A stretch of DNA of 64,000 nt from Nitrospirota bacterium (GTDB taxonomy: Bacteria > Nitrospirota > UBA9217). Shown here in pieces: positions 49,572 to 59,431 of the stretch. Position numbers and translations under genes: made by a program. Location: contig CAVVOB010000014.1 in assembly GCA_963749655.1 (NCBI GenBank), positions 167,452 through 231,451 on the forward strand, read 5' to 3'. The notes beneath the pieces are model-generated. The model saw only the letters and a list, made by a program, of their open reading frames with translations, did not search any database and was not told where the DNA came from. Position 1 is the first letter of the stretch. The number at the start of each line of letters is the position of its first letter.

Positions 49572-50783
49572 ATGAGTACAGATGACCGACTTCATTACAA
49601 TCTTGTTCCTGCCCAGGAAATCTCCCAGCGTGTTTCAAGGCTTCAGTGCCGGTTACAAAAAGGGCCGGAAGATGGCGCACTGATTCTCGATCCCTTGAAC
49701 ATGTATTACTACACCGGGACGATGCAACAGGGGGTTTTCTTTGTCCCAAAGGACGGAGAACCGGTCTTCCTGGTCCGACGAAGTTATGAGCGGGCAGAGC
49801 GGGAAACACCTTTGAAAAGGGTTTTCCCCTTAACAGGGTTCAGCCAACTTCAGGCAACCCTTGCAGAGCTGGGCCTGCTAACCAACATCCTGGGGGTGGC
49901 TGACACAACCCTGTCCGTTTCCGTTTTCAAAACCCTGGCCAAGGCATTTCCCGGAAAAACATTCACGGATATCAGCGGCCTCTTGGGCATGATTCGGGCG
50001 AAGAAGTCCGACTACGAAGTGGGGCTCATCCGAAAAGCCGGGGCGCTGCACGAGATGGTCTATTCCGCCATCCCTTCCATGATTTGCGAAGGGATGACTG
50101 AATGGGAGCTCGGAGCCGAGATTCACAAGAAGATGATGGCAATGGGATACACCGGGATCATGCGGCTTGCAGCGTTTGGCGGAGAGATGTTCATGGGGAT
50201 CGTCAGTTTCGGCGAATCAGGAAACTATCCCACCGCTTCGGTAGGTCCGGGAGGCCTGATGGGGCTTTCGCCGGCCTTCCCCCTGCTTGGGGGGAACAAA
50301 AAACTTGCTAGGGGCGAACCGATATTCGTGGATACCGGGTTCGGGTATGAAGGATATTTCACCGATAAAACGAGGGTCTTCTCCCTCGGCGCTCCGCCCG
50401 TTTCGGCAATGGATGCTCACCAGGTATGCCTGGACATACAGGAGGCCGTCCGAAGCCGCCTCAAGCCCGGCGCCATCCCGTCTCAGATATACGAGGAGGT
50501 CTACAACGAGATCGTGTATCCCCGCGGTTTTGAAAAGCACTTTATGGGTTTCGGCAGCAACCAGGTGCCTTTCCTCGGCCACGGTATCGGGCTGGCTATT
50601 GACGAATTCCCGGCCATTGCAGGCAAGGTACATACCCCCCTTGAGGCCAACATGGTCATTGCCCTGGAGCCTAAGAAAGGATTGGAAGGCATCGGGTTGG
50701 TGGGCGTGGAAAACACCTTCCTTGTCACCGATGACGGAGGAGAGAAACTGACGAGCGGACCGGACGGATTGACGATTGTGTGA
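49572..50783 (+). CDS. Xaa-Pro aminopeptidase family (M24) protein
   Basis: IRAKKSDYE, DTG..YFTDKTR, GHGIGL, EPK, GVENT. Confidence 0.9.
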   Translation: MSTDDRLHYNLVPAQEISQRVSRLQCRLQKGPEDGALILDPLNMYYYTGTMQQGVFFVPKDGEPVFLVRRSYERAERETPLKRVFPLTGFSQLQATLAELGLLTNILGVADTTLSVSVFKTLAKAFPGKTFTDISGLLGMIRAKKSDYEVGLIRKAGALHEMVYSAIPSMICEGMTEWELGAEIHKKMMAMGYTGIMRLAAFGGEMFMGIVSFGESGNYPTASVGPGGLMGLSPAFPLLGGNKKLARGEPIFVDTGFGYEGYFTDKTRVFSLGAPPVSAMDAHQVCLDIQEAVRSRLKPGAIPSQIYEEVYNEIVYPRGFEKHFMGFGSNQVPFLGHGIGLAIDEFPAIAGKVHTPLEANMVIALEPKKGLEGIGLVGVENTFLVTDDGGEKLTSGPDGLTIV

Positions 50784-51218
50784 CCTGTTTTATTCAAGAC
50801 CTGCCCCGGGTCGGAACCGGTTCACCTGAAAATTGTCATTTTCAGAGAGACTGGGGAGCTCTCGTTCAAGAGGCTATCAACTTATAACCCGTAAATCGAC
50901 AGTATTTACGTATTAATACAAACGCATTTAAATTCGTTACTGCTTTGCCCACCTTTGTCCTCTCCCCATCCCCAAGCGCCTGCACGATCTCGCTCGCCGA
51001 GTCTGACCGGTTCATGGCTAGAAATGGATGTAGTTCGCGCCATGTCTCCATGATCCCCGGTTTGTCCGAGAAAATATGCCTTCATCTGCGTCCAACTGCC
51101 GTTTCTGCATTATAAAAAAAATAACACCATTTCGGGGTTCTATTTCTGCGCCGCGGGAAGTGGTAGTATAGATTCATAAGAAGCTGACACAGGTTATCGG
51201 GAAGGAGAGGTGATCGAC

Positions 51219-51769
51219 ATGCCGGTAATCAATGGATTGAATACGGAAAAACTGTCTGGAGATCGTCAATGCGGTCAAGCAAGAACTGGGAAACGGGAAA
51301 GACCGTCTGGACAGCCTCGGCGCGGTGGGTGGACGGATTCCGCGTGGAAACCGAATCCCGGGGCTTCAAGCTGCAGGCTGATGAGCCTGACATGCTCGCG
51401 GGAACGAACACGGCCGCCAACCCCGTGGAGCTGGTGCTTCAGGCCTACGGAGCATGCCTTGCCATCGGCTATGCCATGAACGCAGCGGTGCGCGGGATCA
51501 GGATCCGTGACCTCCGGATCGATGTGGAGGGCGAGATAGACCTTCCCGGGTTCCTCGGGCTTGAACCGCCGGAAAATGTCCATATGGACAGACTGCCGGG
51601 ATATAAGAACGTGACCGCTCGCGTGAAGATCAGTGCCGACGCGGACGCGAAAACGCTGAAAGAACTCCACGACCATGTGGTCAGGACTTCCCCGGTGGGT
51701 GTTACGCTCTCCCGGCCGGTGAAGATCGAGACGGAGCTCGAAGTGCTTGAGGAGCGGTCAGCGGCATGA
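51219..51769 (+). CDS. OsmC family protein (frame breaks near 51255-51280)
   Basis: MPVINGLN.., ADEP.MLAGTNTAANPVE..L.A.GACL, VEGEIDL.GFLG, RTSPV. Confidence 0.85.
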
Positions 51770-51793
51770 GAATCGAAAGGCGTTAAGACCGGT

Positions 51794-51884
51794 TTCGCGC
51801 AAAGAACGCAAAAATCGGCAAAGATAGTATTGTCTGAATTCAGGGTGTATAAACTTTCCTTTGCCGCTTGGCGGTTTTGCGCGA
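51794..51884. repeat. Inverted-repeat element of 9-mer units
   Basis: ttcgcgcaaagaacgcaaaaatcggcaaag ... ctttgccgcttggcggttttgcgcga. Confidence 0.75.
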
Positions 51885-52254
51885 GAATACTTTTTGCTGG
51901 TTCCGGCTCGCCTGGGTTAGGCTACCTTTCAAATCACAAAGTTGCATTTCGGGCACTGGATTCCTCACCGCTTTTTCTACCCGCAACCTTGACAGTAAAG
52001 CGCTGTCGGATATAATCTAAGCATCCTTTCAGATCGCATGCGTTTCATGACCACAAGAGCATCGCGGCACTTTACTCTTCATAAACAACACGCACCAAAG
52101 CTTTTACTAATGCAGATCGTGTTGTGCCTGACGTAAATTCTCTCTGTTGAAGTCGAAGCCCGGATGTGCAGTCTGCAACCGGCTGGATGACTATATGCAA
52201 GGTGTTCGGTCAGCTCCCGTCCGAACGTTAAAACTACCGAAGTCGGAGGACTAT

Positions 52255-53064
52255 ATGAAAAAAGCGATCCTGGTAATCCTGCTGTTGCTCTTCGTCGCCG
52301 GCACGGCATTTTCGGTGACGGGCATCAAGAAAAAAAGACCGCTGCCGCCTGACTACGGACAGGTCGTCATGAACAACAGCTCCGAAAAAGCCAAGATCGC
52401 ACCGGTCGTGTTCGACCACTGGCTGCACCGGATGAGGTATTCCTGCCGGGTCTGCCACGTGGACATAGCGTTCATGATGAAGGCCGGCGGCACGAACGTT
52501 ACCGCAGCCGATAACGCAAAAGGATACTATTGCGGCGCGTGCCATAACGGGAAGATGGTCGTGGACAACAAAAAACTTTTTGCCGCATGCCCGACCAATG
52601 CCGCAGCAGCTGACCCGGACCAGAAGGATTGCAGGCGCTGCCATTCTTTCGGGGTGAAAAATGCCGGAAAGGAATACGATTTTGCCAGGATCACGAAAGG
52701 ATTTCCCCGGCAGCGGTTCGGCAACGGGATTGACTGGGAAAAACTCGAAATTGACGGCACGATAACAATCGTCGATTTCGTCGAGGGAGTGTCGATTAAA
52801 CGGAAGCCGCTGGAAGTGAAAAAGGACTTCGACATCAAGAGCAAGGAAGCCGGCATGCCCAACATCATTTTTTCCCACGAGAAGCACATTGCGTGGAATG
52901 GATGCGAGCTTTGCCATCCGGAGATATTTCTGGGCGTCAAGAAAGGCATGACCAAATATTCGATGCCGGAGATCTACGAAGGTAAATACTGCGGGGCTTG
53001 CCACGGATCAGTGGCGTTCCCTCTGATGGACTGTCAACGATGCCATACAAAACCGGTAGAATAA
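52255..53064 (+). CDS. Hexaheme c7-type periplasmic cytochrome
   Basis: Signal peptide; six CxxCH motifs; FDH..H and FSH..H triheme-domain motifs. Confidence 0.9.
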   Translation: MKKAILVILLLLFVAGTAFSVTGIKKKRPLPPDYGQVVMNNSSEKAKIAPVVFDHWLHRMRYSCRVCHVDIAFMMKAGGTNVTAADNAKGYYCGACHNGKMVVDNKKLFAACPTNAAAADPDQKDCRRCHSFGVKNAGKEYDFARITKGFPRQRFGNGIDWEKLEIDGTITIVDFVEGVSIKRKPLEVKKDFDIKSKEAGMPNIIFSHEKHIAWNGCELCHPEIFLGVKKGMTKYSMPEIYEGKYCGACHGSVAFPLMDCQRCHTKPVE

Positions 53065-53816
53065 ACGCCGCAGCGATCGTTCTGATCGGCTTTGCGGCCC
53101 TTGGTGTCGTGGTCCCCGAGGGAGCGGCGCAGTGGGCCTTTCCAACGCCGCCTCCAGCGGAGGAGTACGGAAACATCCTGATCAACCGCACCTCGGAAAA
53201 GAACGGCGTGAAGCCGGTCACCTTCTCGCACTGGCTGCATCGCAGGAAATACACGTGCCGTGTCTGCCATTTCGAGCTGGACTTCTTCCTGAAGGTCAAC
53301 ACGACGGAGATCACCGAGGAAGGGAACCAGGCCGGGAGATTCTGCGGAAGCTGCCACGACGGGAAGGAGCTGTTCGGGCATACCAAACAGCATTGCGATA
53401 AGTGCCATAACGGCAATCGCGCCGCGGGAAAGGAAAAATTTTCCGAATTGGCATCCCTGCCGGAGGCTCCCTACGGCAACGGAAAAGACTGGTCGCAAGC
53501 AATCAAAAAAGGCCTCATCAGCCCGAAGAACTTTCTGACCATGGAACCGTCGGGGGACATTCAGTTCGACAAGAAGCTTCTGCTCGAGGCGGAGTGGGCG
53601 AATATCCCCCCCGCGATCTTTCGTCACAAGACCCACGTGGAATGGCTGGACTGCAATAATTGCCATCCCGATATATTCAACATCAAGAAGAAGACAACTA
53701 AGCATTTTGAAATGAAATATATCCTTGAGGGGCAGTTTTGCGGCGTCTGCCATTTGAATGTGGCATTCCCCATGCAGGACTGCCACCGCTGTCATCCCGC
53801 CGTAAAAAGGAAATAA
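53040..53816 (+). CDS. Hexaheme c7-type periplasmic cytochrome (paralogue; start uncertain)
   Basis: Six CxxCH motifs (CRVCH, CGSCH, CDKCH, CNNCH, CGVCH, CHRCH). Confidence 0.9.
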   Translation: MPYKTGRINAAAIVLIGFAALGVVVPEGAAQWAFPTPPPAEEYGNILINRTSEKNGVKPVTFSHWLHRRKYTCRVCHFELDFFLKVNTTEITEEGNQAGRFCGSCHDGKELFGHTKQHCDKCHNGNRAAGKEKFSELASLPEAPYGNGKDWSQAIKKGLISPKNFLTMEPSGDIQFDKKLLLEAEWANIPPAIFRHKTHVEWLDCNNCHPDIFNIKKKTTKHFEMKYILEGQFCGVCHLNVAFPMQDCHRCHPAVKRK

Positions 53817-53818
53817 AT

Positions 53819-54163
53819 ATGAGCTCTCTTGTGAAACCGTGCGTGCTCATCCTGTTCATGGCCGTCGTTCTGTCTTACGGACACCCGGCAGTGCACCGGG
53901 GAAGCCCGGTATCGTTCGTTCAGCACAGTCACGCAGCTGCTCAGGCAGCCTGGCAGCGGGAATTTGAGGAGATCTGCTCCAAGACGATGGAAGCGATGGA
54001 CCTTCCGCTCGCTGAATTACGCACATTGATCGAACGGTGCGACAAGCTCCAGGCGGCGATCGACCAGCTGGAGGAAACGCAGAAAAAGGTTTATCGGAGA
54101 AGGCTCAAGATGTGCAGGGATATGTACGTTTTCGCGCTGGAATCGAAGGAGTCAAAGAAATGA
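53819..54163 (+). CDS. Small exported helical protein with three Cys in the mature part
   Basis: Signal peptide; WQREFEEICSKT, ERCDKL, LKMCRDMY; directly after the cytochromes. Confidence 0.7.
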   Translation: MSSLVKPCVLILFMAVVLSYGHPAVHRGSPVSFVQHSHAAAQAAWQREFEEICSKTMEAMDLPLAELRTLIERCDKLQAAIDQLEETQKKVYRRRLKMCRDMYVFALESKESKK

Positions 54164-54185
54164 CCTTGCCGGGGTGCCTGCCTTT

Positions 54186-54250
54186 GCCGGTTCAGGCTTG
54201 CAGCCTGAACCGCCTTTTAGATTTGATTCAATCTGTACTATTGAACGAGC
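54186..54250. repeat. REP-like palindrome doublet, copy 2
   Basis: gccggttcaggcttgcagcctgaacc...ttcaatctgtactattgaacgagc; matches 1938..2004. Confidence 0.65.
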
Positions 54251-54483
54251 ATAGTGTTTGTTTCTAATTGAAACACTGCGTTCCGCCATGCTTGCCCGGT
54301 CTTGCTTACTGTTATCTACAGCCCGCTCCAGCCCGTTTCGCCATGGACCATCCTCACCAGCTTGCTCAGAAAGAACCATTACCTTGCAAAACAAACAACC
54401 CAATTTGAGTTGTTCCGGTTTTTTCCTTCTTTTTGTGTACCAGGAACATATTGAAAAACAATAAACAATAGCAAAGCACTAAT

Positions 54484-54500
54484 TTGGCATCGGTATTGCG
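54484..54500 (+). promoter_or_regulatory. sigma54 -24/-12 promoter
   Basis: TTGGCATCGGTATTGCG upstream of the kinase/NtrC-like pair. Confidence 0.7.
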
Positions 54501-54728
54501 AATTCATAAAATAATAGATTTATTCGATCACGATTGCATCCTCCGTCATTATTAAATCCATTCGTCGAGTAAAAAACTGGTTCTTCCGATTATTCGTATC
54601 CACTCCTTCTGAAGGGCGGGGAGGCATTGTCTATCGGATAAAGAATCTTTTCCATCGGGAAATGGTTCTTCGCGAATTTTTTTAGTTCCACTCTTAAAGA
54701 ACAATCTAATCTCCAGAGCGCAGACACC

Positions 54729-55736
54729 ATGATAAAAATATTGTCTTTCACAGTCGACAGGAACCTCTGTATCAGCTCATGGGGCGAAGAGATTTCCCGG
54801 TTTACCGGTAAACCTCCGGAGATCTGTCAAGGCAGCAAATACCATGAAGTACTTCCGCATATATCTCTAAAAGGAAAAGATGCCCTGGCCGAAGCGGTTC
54901 GGACAAACAAGCCGCTGTTTTTGAAAAAAGTCCATATTCCCTGTCTATTTGCGCACATAGATGCCGACATAGATATCATTCCCGTAAGATCTTCGCAGGG
55001 AAACGCCGAAGAGGTCAACGTTACGTTCTTTCCCACTTCGACCTGCACCGTTGCCCGTAAGCTGGAGCAGTCGCAAAAGCTCATTAACGTCGGAAAGATT
55101 GCTGCCACACTGGCTCATGGCGTCAGGAGCCCGTTGAACGCTATAAAAGGCGCTGTCGTCTATCTCAGGGAGAAATACCGACACGAAGTACCGCTCGTTG
55201 AATTTGCCGAAATCATCGACCAGGAAATCTCCCGTCTCGAGGATTTCATTTCAAAATTTCTCAGCTCATCCGTCTCGAATACGGAGGATCGGGAAACGGA
55301 TATCAATTCCCTGCTGAAGAAGATCGAGCTTTTCATTTCTTTACAGATTTACACGCGCAATATCCGGCCGTTGTTCGAGTTCGGGAACATACCTCCCGTG
55401 ATCGTCAGTTCGTTTCACCTGGAGCAGGCTATTCTCAATGTCATCAATAATGCAATAGATGCCATGAGCAGCGGCGGACAGTTGAAAATCTGCACCTCTG
55501 TCGAGGAACGCAACGGCAAGAACCATGTGGTGATCTCGGTTTCCGATACCGGCCGGGGGGTGGCGCATAAACACATCGGTGATCCTACTTCAGATCAACG
55601 GACTATGAGGAGCGGTTTCGGCCTCTTAATCACCTATGAAATTTTAAAACATTACCACGGCCACCTCGAGATAGACAGCAAAATGAATTTCGGCACGACG
55701 GTCAAGTTGCTCATTCCATCCCGACACACATTATGA
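54729..55736 (+). CDS. Cytoplasmic PAS-like sensor histidine kinase
   Basis: LAHGVRSPL, NVINNAIDA, DTGRG, GFGL, GTT. Confidence 0.88.
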   Translation: MIKILSFTVDRNLCISSWGEEISRFTGKPPEICQGSKYHEVLPHISLKGKDALAEAVRTNKPLFLKKVHIPCLFAHIDADIDIIPVRSSQGNAEEVNVTFFPTSTCTVARKLEQSQKLINVGKIAATLAHGVRSPLNAIKGAVVYLREKYRHEVPLVEFAEIIDQEISRLEDFISKFLSSSVSNTEDRETDINSLLKKIELFISLQIYTRNIRPLFEFGNIPPVIVSSFHLEQAILNVINNAIDAMSSGGQLKICTSVEERNGKNHVVISVSDTGRGVAHKHIGDPTSDQRTMRSGFGLLITYEILKHYHGHLEIDSKMNFGTTVKLLIPSRHTL

Positions 55737-57115
55737 GGAATACTGCCATGACTCCCACCGGGGGAACAGTGCTCATCGTTGATGATGAACGGAATGCGGT
55801 CAAGGTGCTCTCGACGATCCTGCGGGAGGAAGGATACCGCGTTTGCGAGGCAATGAGCGTCGACCATGCCGTAGGCATTCTGCGCAGGGACGATGTAGAC
55901 GCGGTGATCACCGATGTGAAAATGCCCGACAAGGATGGGTTCCAGCTTTTCGACTACGTCTCCCGGCATCATCCCCGTACGCCGGTCCTGTTTTTGACCG
56001 CCTATGGCTCCGTCGAGTCTGCAGTTGATGCCATGACCAGCGGCGCATGCCATTACTTCATTAAGCCTCCGGATTATGACAAGCTTAGAAGCGTCCTCGC
56101 AACGGCGATAGAAAAGAACGCCGCGCATAAAAGACTTGAGGACCTGAACAAGAAAAAGCCTCACCAAGGCAACTCCTGCCTTTTTGTCGGGCAGACGCCG
56201 CAAATGATCGACATTTTGAAAACCATCGAAACAATCAAGGACTCGGAAAGCACTGTTCTTATCCAGGGAGAAACCGGCACGGGGAAGGAGGTAATCGCGT
56301 CCCTCCTGCATCACCGCGGCAAGCGGTTCAACAAGCCCTTCGTCGCCATAAACTGCGCCGCGATTCCCCGGGAGCTCATTGAATCGGAGCTCTTCGGCTG
56401 TGAGAAAGGCGCTTTTACCGGCGCATTAACGTCCCGGAAAGGAAAATTTGAGGTGGCCGGGGACGGCACGCTGCTTCTTGATGAGATCGGGGAACTCGAG
56501 TTCTCAGTTCAAGCCAAACTCCTCCGGGTCTTGCAGGAGAGGGAGATTGAACGTCTGGGAGCGAACAATGCCGTCAAGGTCAATTTCAGACTAGTCGCAT
56601 CGACGAACAAGGACCTGAGACAGGCGGTGGAACGGGGCGCCTTCCGGGAGGACCTCTTTTACCGGCTCAACGTAGTGCAGATAAACGTCCCTCCCCTTCG
56701 GGAAAGAAAACAGGATATTCCGCTGCTGGCCACGGAATTTTTACATGCCTTTTCCCTTCGTGAAAAAAGGCCGCTCTTTTTGTGCTCTGAGGTCATGGAT
56801 ATCTTTATGCGATACGACTGGCCGGGCAATGTCCGCCAACTCAGGAACGTCATTGAACGGACCGCTGTCTTCGCGCAGGGCGAGCGCCTCACGATAAACG
56901 AGTTGCCTGAGGAATTCCATTGCTGCCGCCGGCGCTTATCGGCCGAGAACCCTGTAAAACCGCTGAAAGTTCTGGAGCGCCAGGCTATTACCGAGGCTCT
57001 GCAGGTGTTCCATGGCAACAAATCCAAGGCAGCGCAGAATCTCGGCATATCGAGAAAGACCTTCTACAAGAGGCTCAACGAATCAGCACGTTCGACAGGA
57101 CCCTGGAAGGTATAA
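55733..57115 (+). CDS. NtrC-family sigma54 response regulator
   Basis: LIVDDE, ITDVKMP, GETGTGKE, GAFTGA, WPGNVRQL, HTH. Confidence 0.93.
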   Translation: MRNTAMTPTGGTVLIVDDERNAVKVLSTILREEGYRVCEAMSVDHAVGILRRDDVDAVITDVKMPDKDGFQLFDYVSRHHPRTPVLFLTAYGSVESAVDAMTSGACHYFIKPPDYDKLRSVLATAIEKNAAHKRLEDLNKKKPHQGNSCLFVGQTPQMIDILKTIETIKDSESTVLIQGETGTGKEVIASLLHHRGKRFNKPFVAINCAAIPRELIESELFGCEKGAFTGALTSRKGKFEVAGDGTLLLDEIGELEFSVQAKLLRVLQEREIERLGANNAVKVNFRLVASTNKDLRQAVERGAFREDLFYRLNVVQINVPPLRERKQDIPLLATEFLHAFSLREKRPLFLCSEVMDIFMRYDWPGNVRQLRNVIERTAVFAQGERLTINELPEEFHCCRRRLSAENPVKPLKVLERQAITEALQVFHGNKSKAAQNLGISRKTFYKRLNESARSTGPWKV

Positions 57116-57119
57116 GGGG

Positions 57120-57350
57120 GCCATTTGCGGGCGGCAAGGAATGCAGCAGGAAGCATGGGGGATGTTGTTACAGACGTTGCGTCGCAAAGCAGTTTCAACA
57201 ACAACCCTATTCGTTCCCAGCAGCCTCAGGGCGATGATAGCCAAAAGAGGTCGGGATGAGCTCGGCTTATCGCTTGCTGAAATCGCACGCCATGTTGGGG
57301 TGAATACGTCGGGTATCCGTAAGGCTAATTTGAGATTGGAAGAGGCATGA
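57120..57350 (+). pseudogene. C-terminal remnant of a REP-associated (RAYT-like) transposase
   Basis: RAMIAKRGRDELGLSLAEIARHVGVNTSGIRK HTH fragment followed by a gggaca-caa-tgtccc palindrome and ctaaagtt repeats. Confidence 0.5.
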
Positions 57351-57597
57351 TATGCAATGACACTCGGGACACAATGTCCCTAAAGTTCCCTCCTAAAGTT
57401 CTAAAGTTCCCCTCTGTCCTGCCCCGGATTGATCAGAAAAAAAGATAACATCTATTTCATACCTGAGAACTTATTGCCACAGTTACTGTTAAAGAATACT
57501 GCTAACCGCCTGTTTTACCAGGGAACACACTAAGGCACATATTTTGCAACTTATTGTATTTGAATAATTTCCCTGCTCTCCGGAGAGACGGTTTATC

Positions 57598-59190
57598 ATG
57601 AAGATCAGCACCAAACTACTTATCATTATTGTCCTTGCTACAACTTTAACGGGCATGGCAGCGCTTTACAGCGCCCTTTCCTCTGCCAATCTCCTGGAGA
57701 GCCAGATCAAAGAGAAGTTCATGGCCGTGTCCACCTATGCGATTGAGAAAGTCCACCGGCTCTTTTCCCGGCGCTCCGAGGATATCGCAAAGCTGGCCAA
57801 AGACCCGGTCATCATATCGAGGCGCTCCACTCCTCGTCAGATAACGGAAAAGCTGAGAGACTACAAGCGGCATTTCGGGTCCTATGTTCCTTATGCCTCG
57901 ATAGCGTTCTTCGACCTGAAAAGGAACCGGATCGCCGGCACTGACGGTACCGGCAGCGGAGCGCACGATGGCATCCCGGGATACTGGTCAGCACTGGACA
58001 AAGGCAGAGATTTTGCGCTGGACGTTTCCCGGCCGAATTCGCTGAAGGACGGCGTGTTCCATCTCGCCCACACGGTCAGGGACACAAACGGCGCCGCTTT
58101 CGGAGTCGTCGTGGCTGATATCCCCGTCGAATCTTTGCAGGAGATTGTGAAGCGTCCACTGGGGCTCTTCAAGGTCGACAGCACGTTTAACGTGGATCTG
58201 ATCGATGCGAAAGGTCTGGTCCTTTTTTCCACGCATGACAAGCAGGGCGTGCTCAGGGACCTCTTGCCGGCATACGACGTCATTCAAAAGACAGGGACCG
58301 GAAACGGAGGAGCCGGCACGATACTGCTGCCTGATGCGCCCAGGAAGGAGGACCGGAAGATCGTGGTGTTCGCCCGTGAAGCGAAGGACGCAAGCGACCC
58401 GGGGAATGACTGGACGCTCGTCATTTCCCTTCCAGAGCGGGCGGCCCTGGCGCCGCTCATCGCGCTGAACAACAGGCTTATCGCGGTTTTCATCTGCATC
58501 GGCTTCATCGCGTTCGGCGTCGTCCTGATAGTCTCCCGGACCATAACGAAACCCCTGGCGCGGTTGAGCCTCGCCATAACAGAAGTAGGAAAGGGCAATC
58601 TGGACACCATGGTCGAGGTGTCCTCCTCCGACGAGATCGGCCGGCTTTCCGCTATGTTCAACAAGATGGTACGGGAACTGAGACAACTGCACGATCAACT
58701 GAGAGACGCCGCAACAATAGACAGGCTGACCGGCGCTTTCAACCGGAACAGGATAGACGAAATCTTGCAGCAGGAAGTGGAGCGGACCAGAAGATACCAG
58801 TTCCCTCTCTCGCTGATTCTGTTCGATCTGGACCACTTTAAGGGCATCAACGACACCTATGGCCACCTGAGCGGAGACGACATCCTGAAAGCCGTGGTTG
58901 ACATCGTCAAGGATAATATCCGGCGAACGGACTTTATCGGCCGCTGGGGCGGAGAGGAGTTCATGGTGCTGGCCCCGGGGACCGGCCTGGAGCAGGCCGC
59001 AGAGCTGGCGGACAAGATCAGAAGCCGCATCGAAAGCCATTCCTTTGCAATGGTTGGAGCGGTAACGATCAGTTGCGGAGTGGCTACCTTCAAAGGCGAA
59101 GACAGAAGCATTGACCTCATCAAGAGAGCGGATGACGCCCTCTACCTTGCCAAGGATAAGGGAAGGAACACTGTCGAAATCAACCAGTAA
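57598..59190 (+). CDS. Membrane-bound diguanylate cyclase (Cache-HAMP-GGDEF)
   Basis: Two TM helices, HAMP (DEIGRL..FN.M), DLDHFK.INDTYGH, RRTD I-site, GGEEF. Confidence 0.93.
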   Translation: MKISTKLLIIIVLATTLTGMAALYSALSSANLLESQIKEKFMAVSTYAIEKVHRLFSRRSEDIAKLAKDPVIISRRSTPRQITEKLRDYKRHFGSYVPYASIAFFDLKRNRIAGTDGTGSGAHDGIPGYWSALDKGRDFALDVSRPNSLKDGVFHLAHTVRDTNGAAFGVVVADIPVESLQEIVKRPLGLFKVDSTFNVDLIDAKGLVLFSTHDKQGVLRDLLPAYDVIQKTGTGNGGAGTILLPDAPRKEDRKIVVFAREAKDASDPGNDWTLVISLPERAALAPLIALNNRLIAVFICIGFIAFGVVLIVSRTITKPLARLSLAITEVGKGNLDTMVEVSSSDEIGRLSAMFNKMVRELRQLHDQLRDAATIDRLTGAFNRNRIDEILQQEVERTRRYQFPLSLILFDLDHFKGINDTYGHLSGDDILKAVVDIVKDNIRRTDFIGRWGGEEFMVLAPGTGLEQAAELADKIRSRIESHSFAMVGAVTISCGVATFKGEDRSIDLIKRADDALYLAKDKGRNTVEINQ

Positions 59191-59260
59191 CCATCAGGCC
59201 GGGACGCTCCCGAGTGGAGGCTGTTGCAGCAGTTGCGAAGTGCTCCCCCCTGGCTATCAA

Positions 59261-59318
59261 ACGAAATTTTTGTCCTCCGTAAAGGTCCGCTGCGTCACCC
59301 TGAAATCAAGGACCTGCC
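59261..59318. repeat. 58-bp direct repeat, copy 1 (copy 2 at 60508..60565)
   Basis: 54/58 identical to the 3' end of gene 60504..60974. Confidence 0.85.
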
Positions 59319-59431
59319 TCGTCCCTCCTGTCTGCTCCGAACGCGTTTCGAGAGTGTATCTTGACTACCAAGGCCGTAATCTGATAAGCTCACGCCGTCT
59401 TTTTAACCGGAGGCATGAAGGAGGGGGGAAT

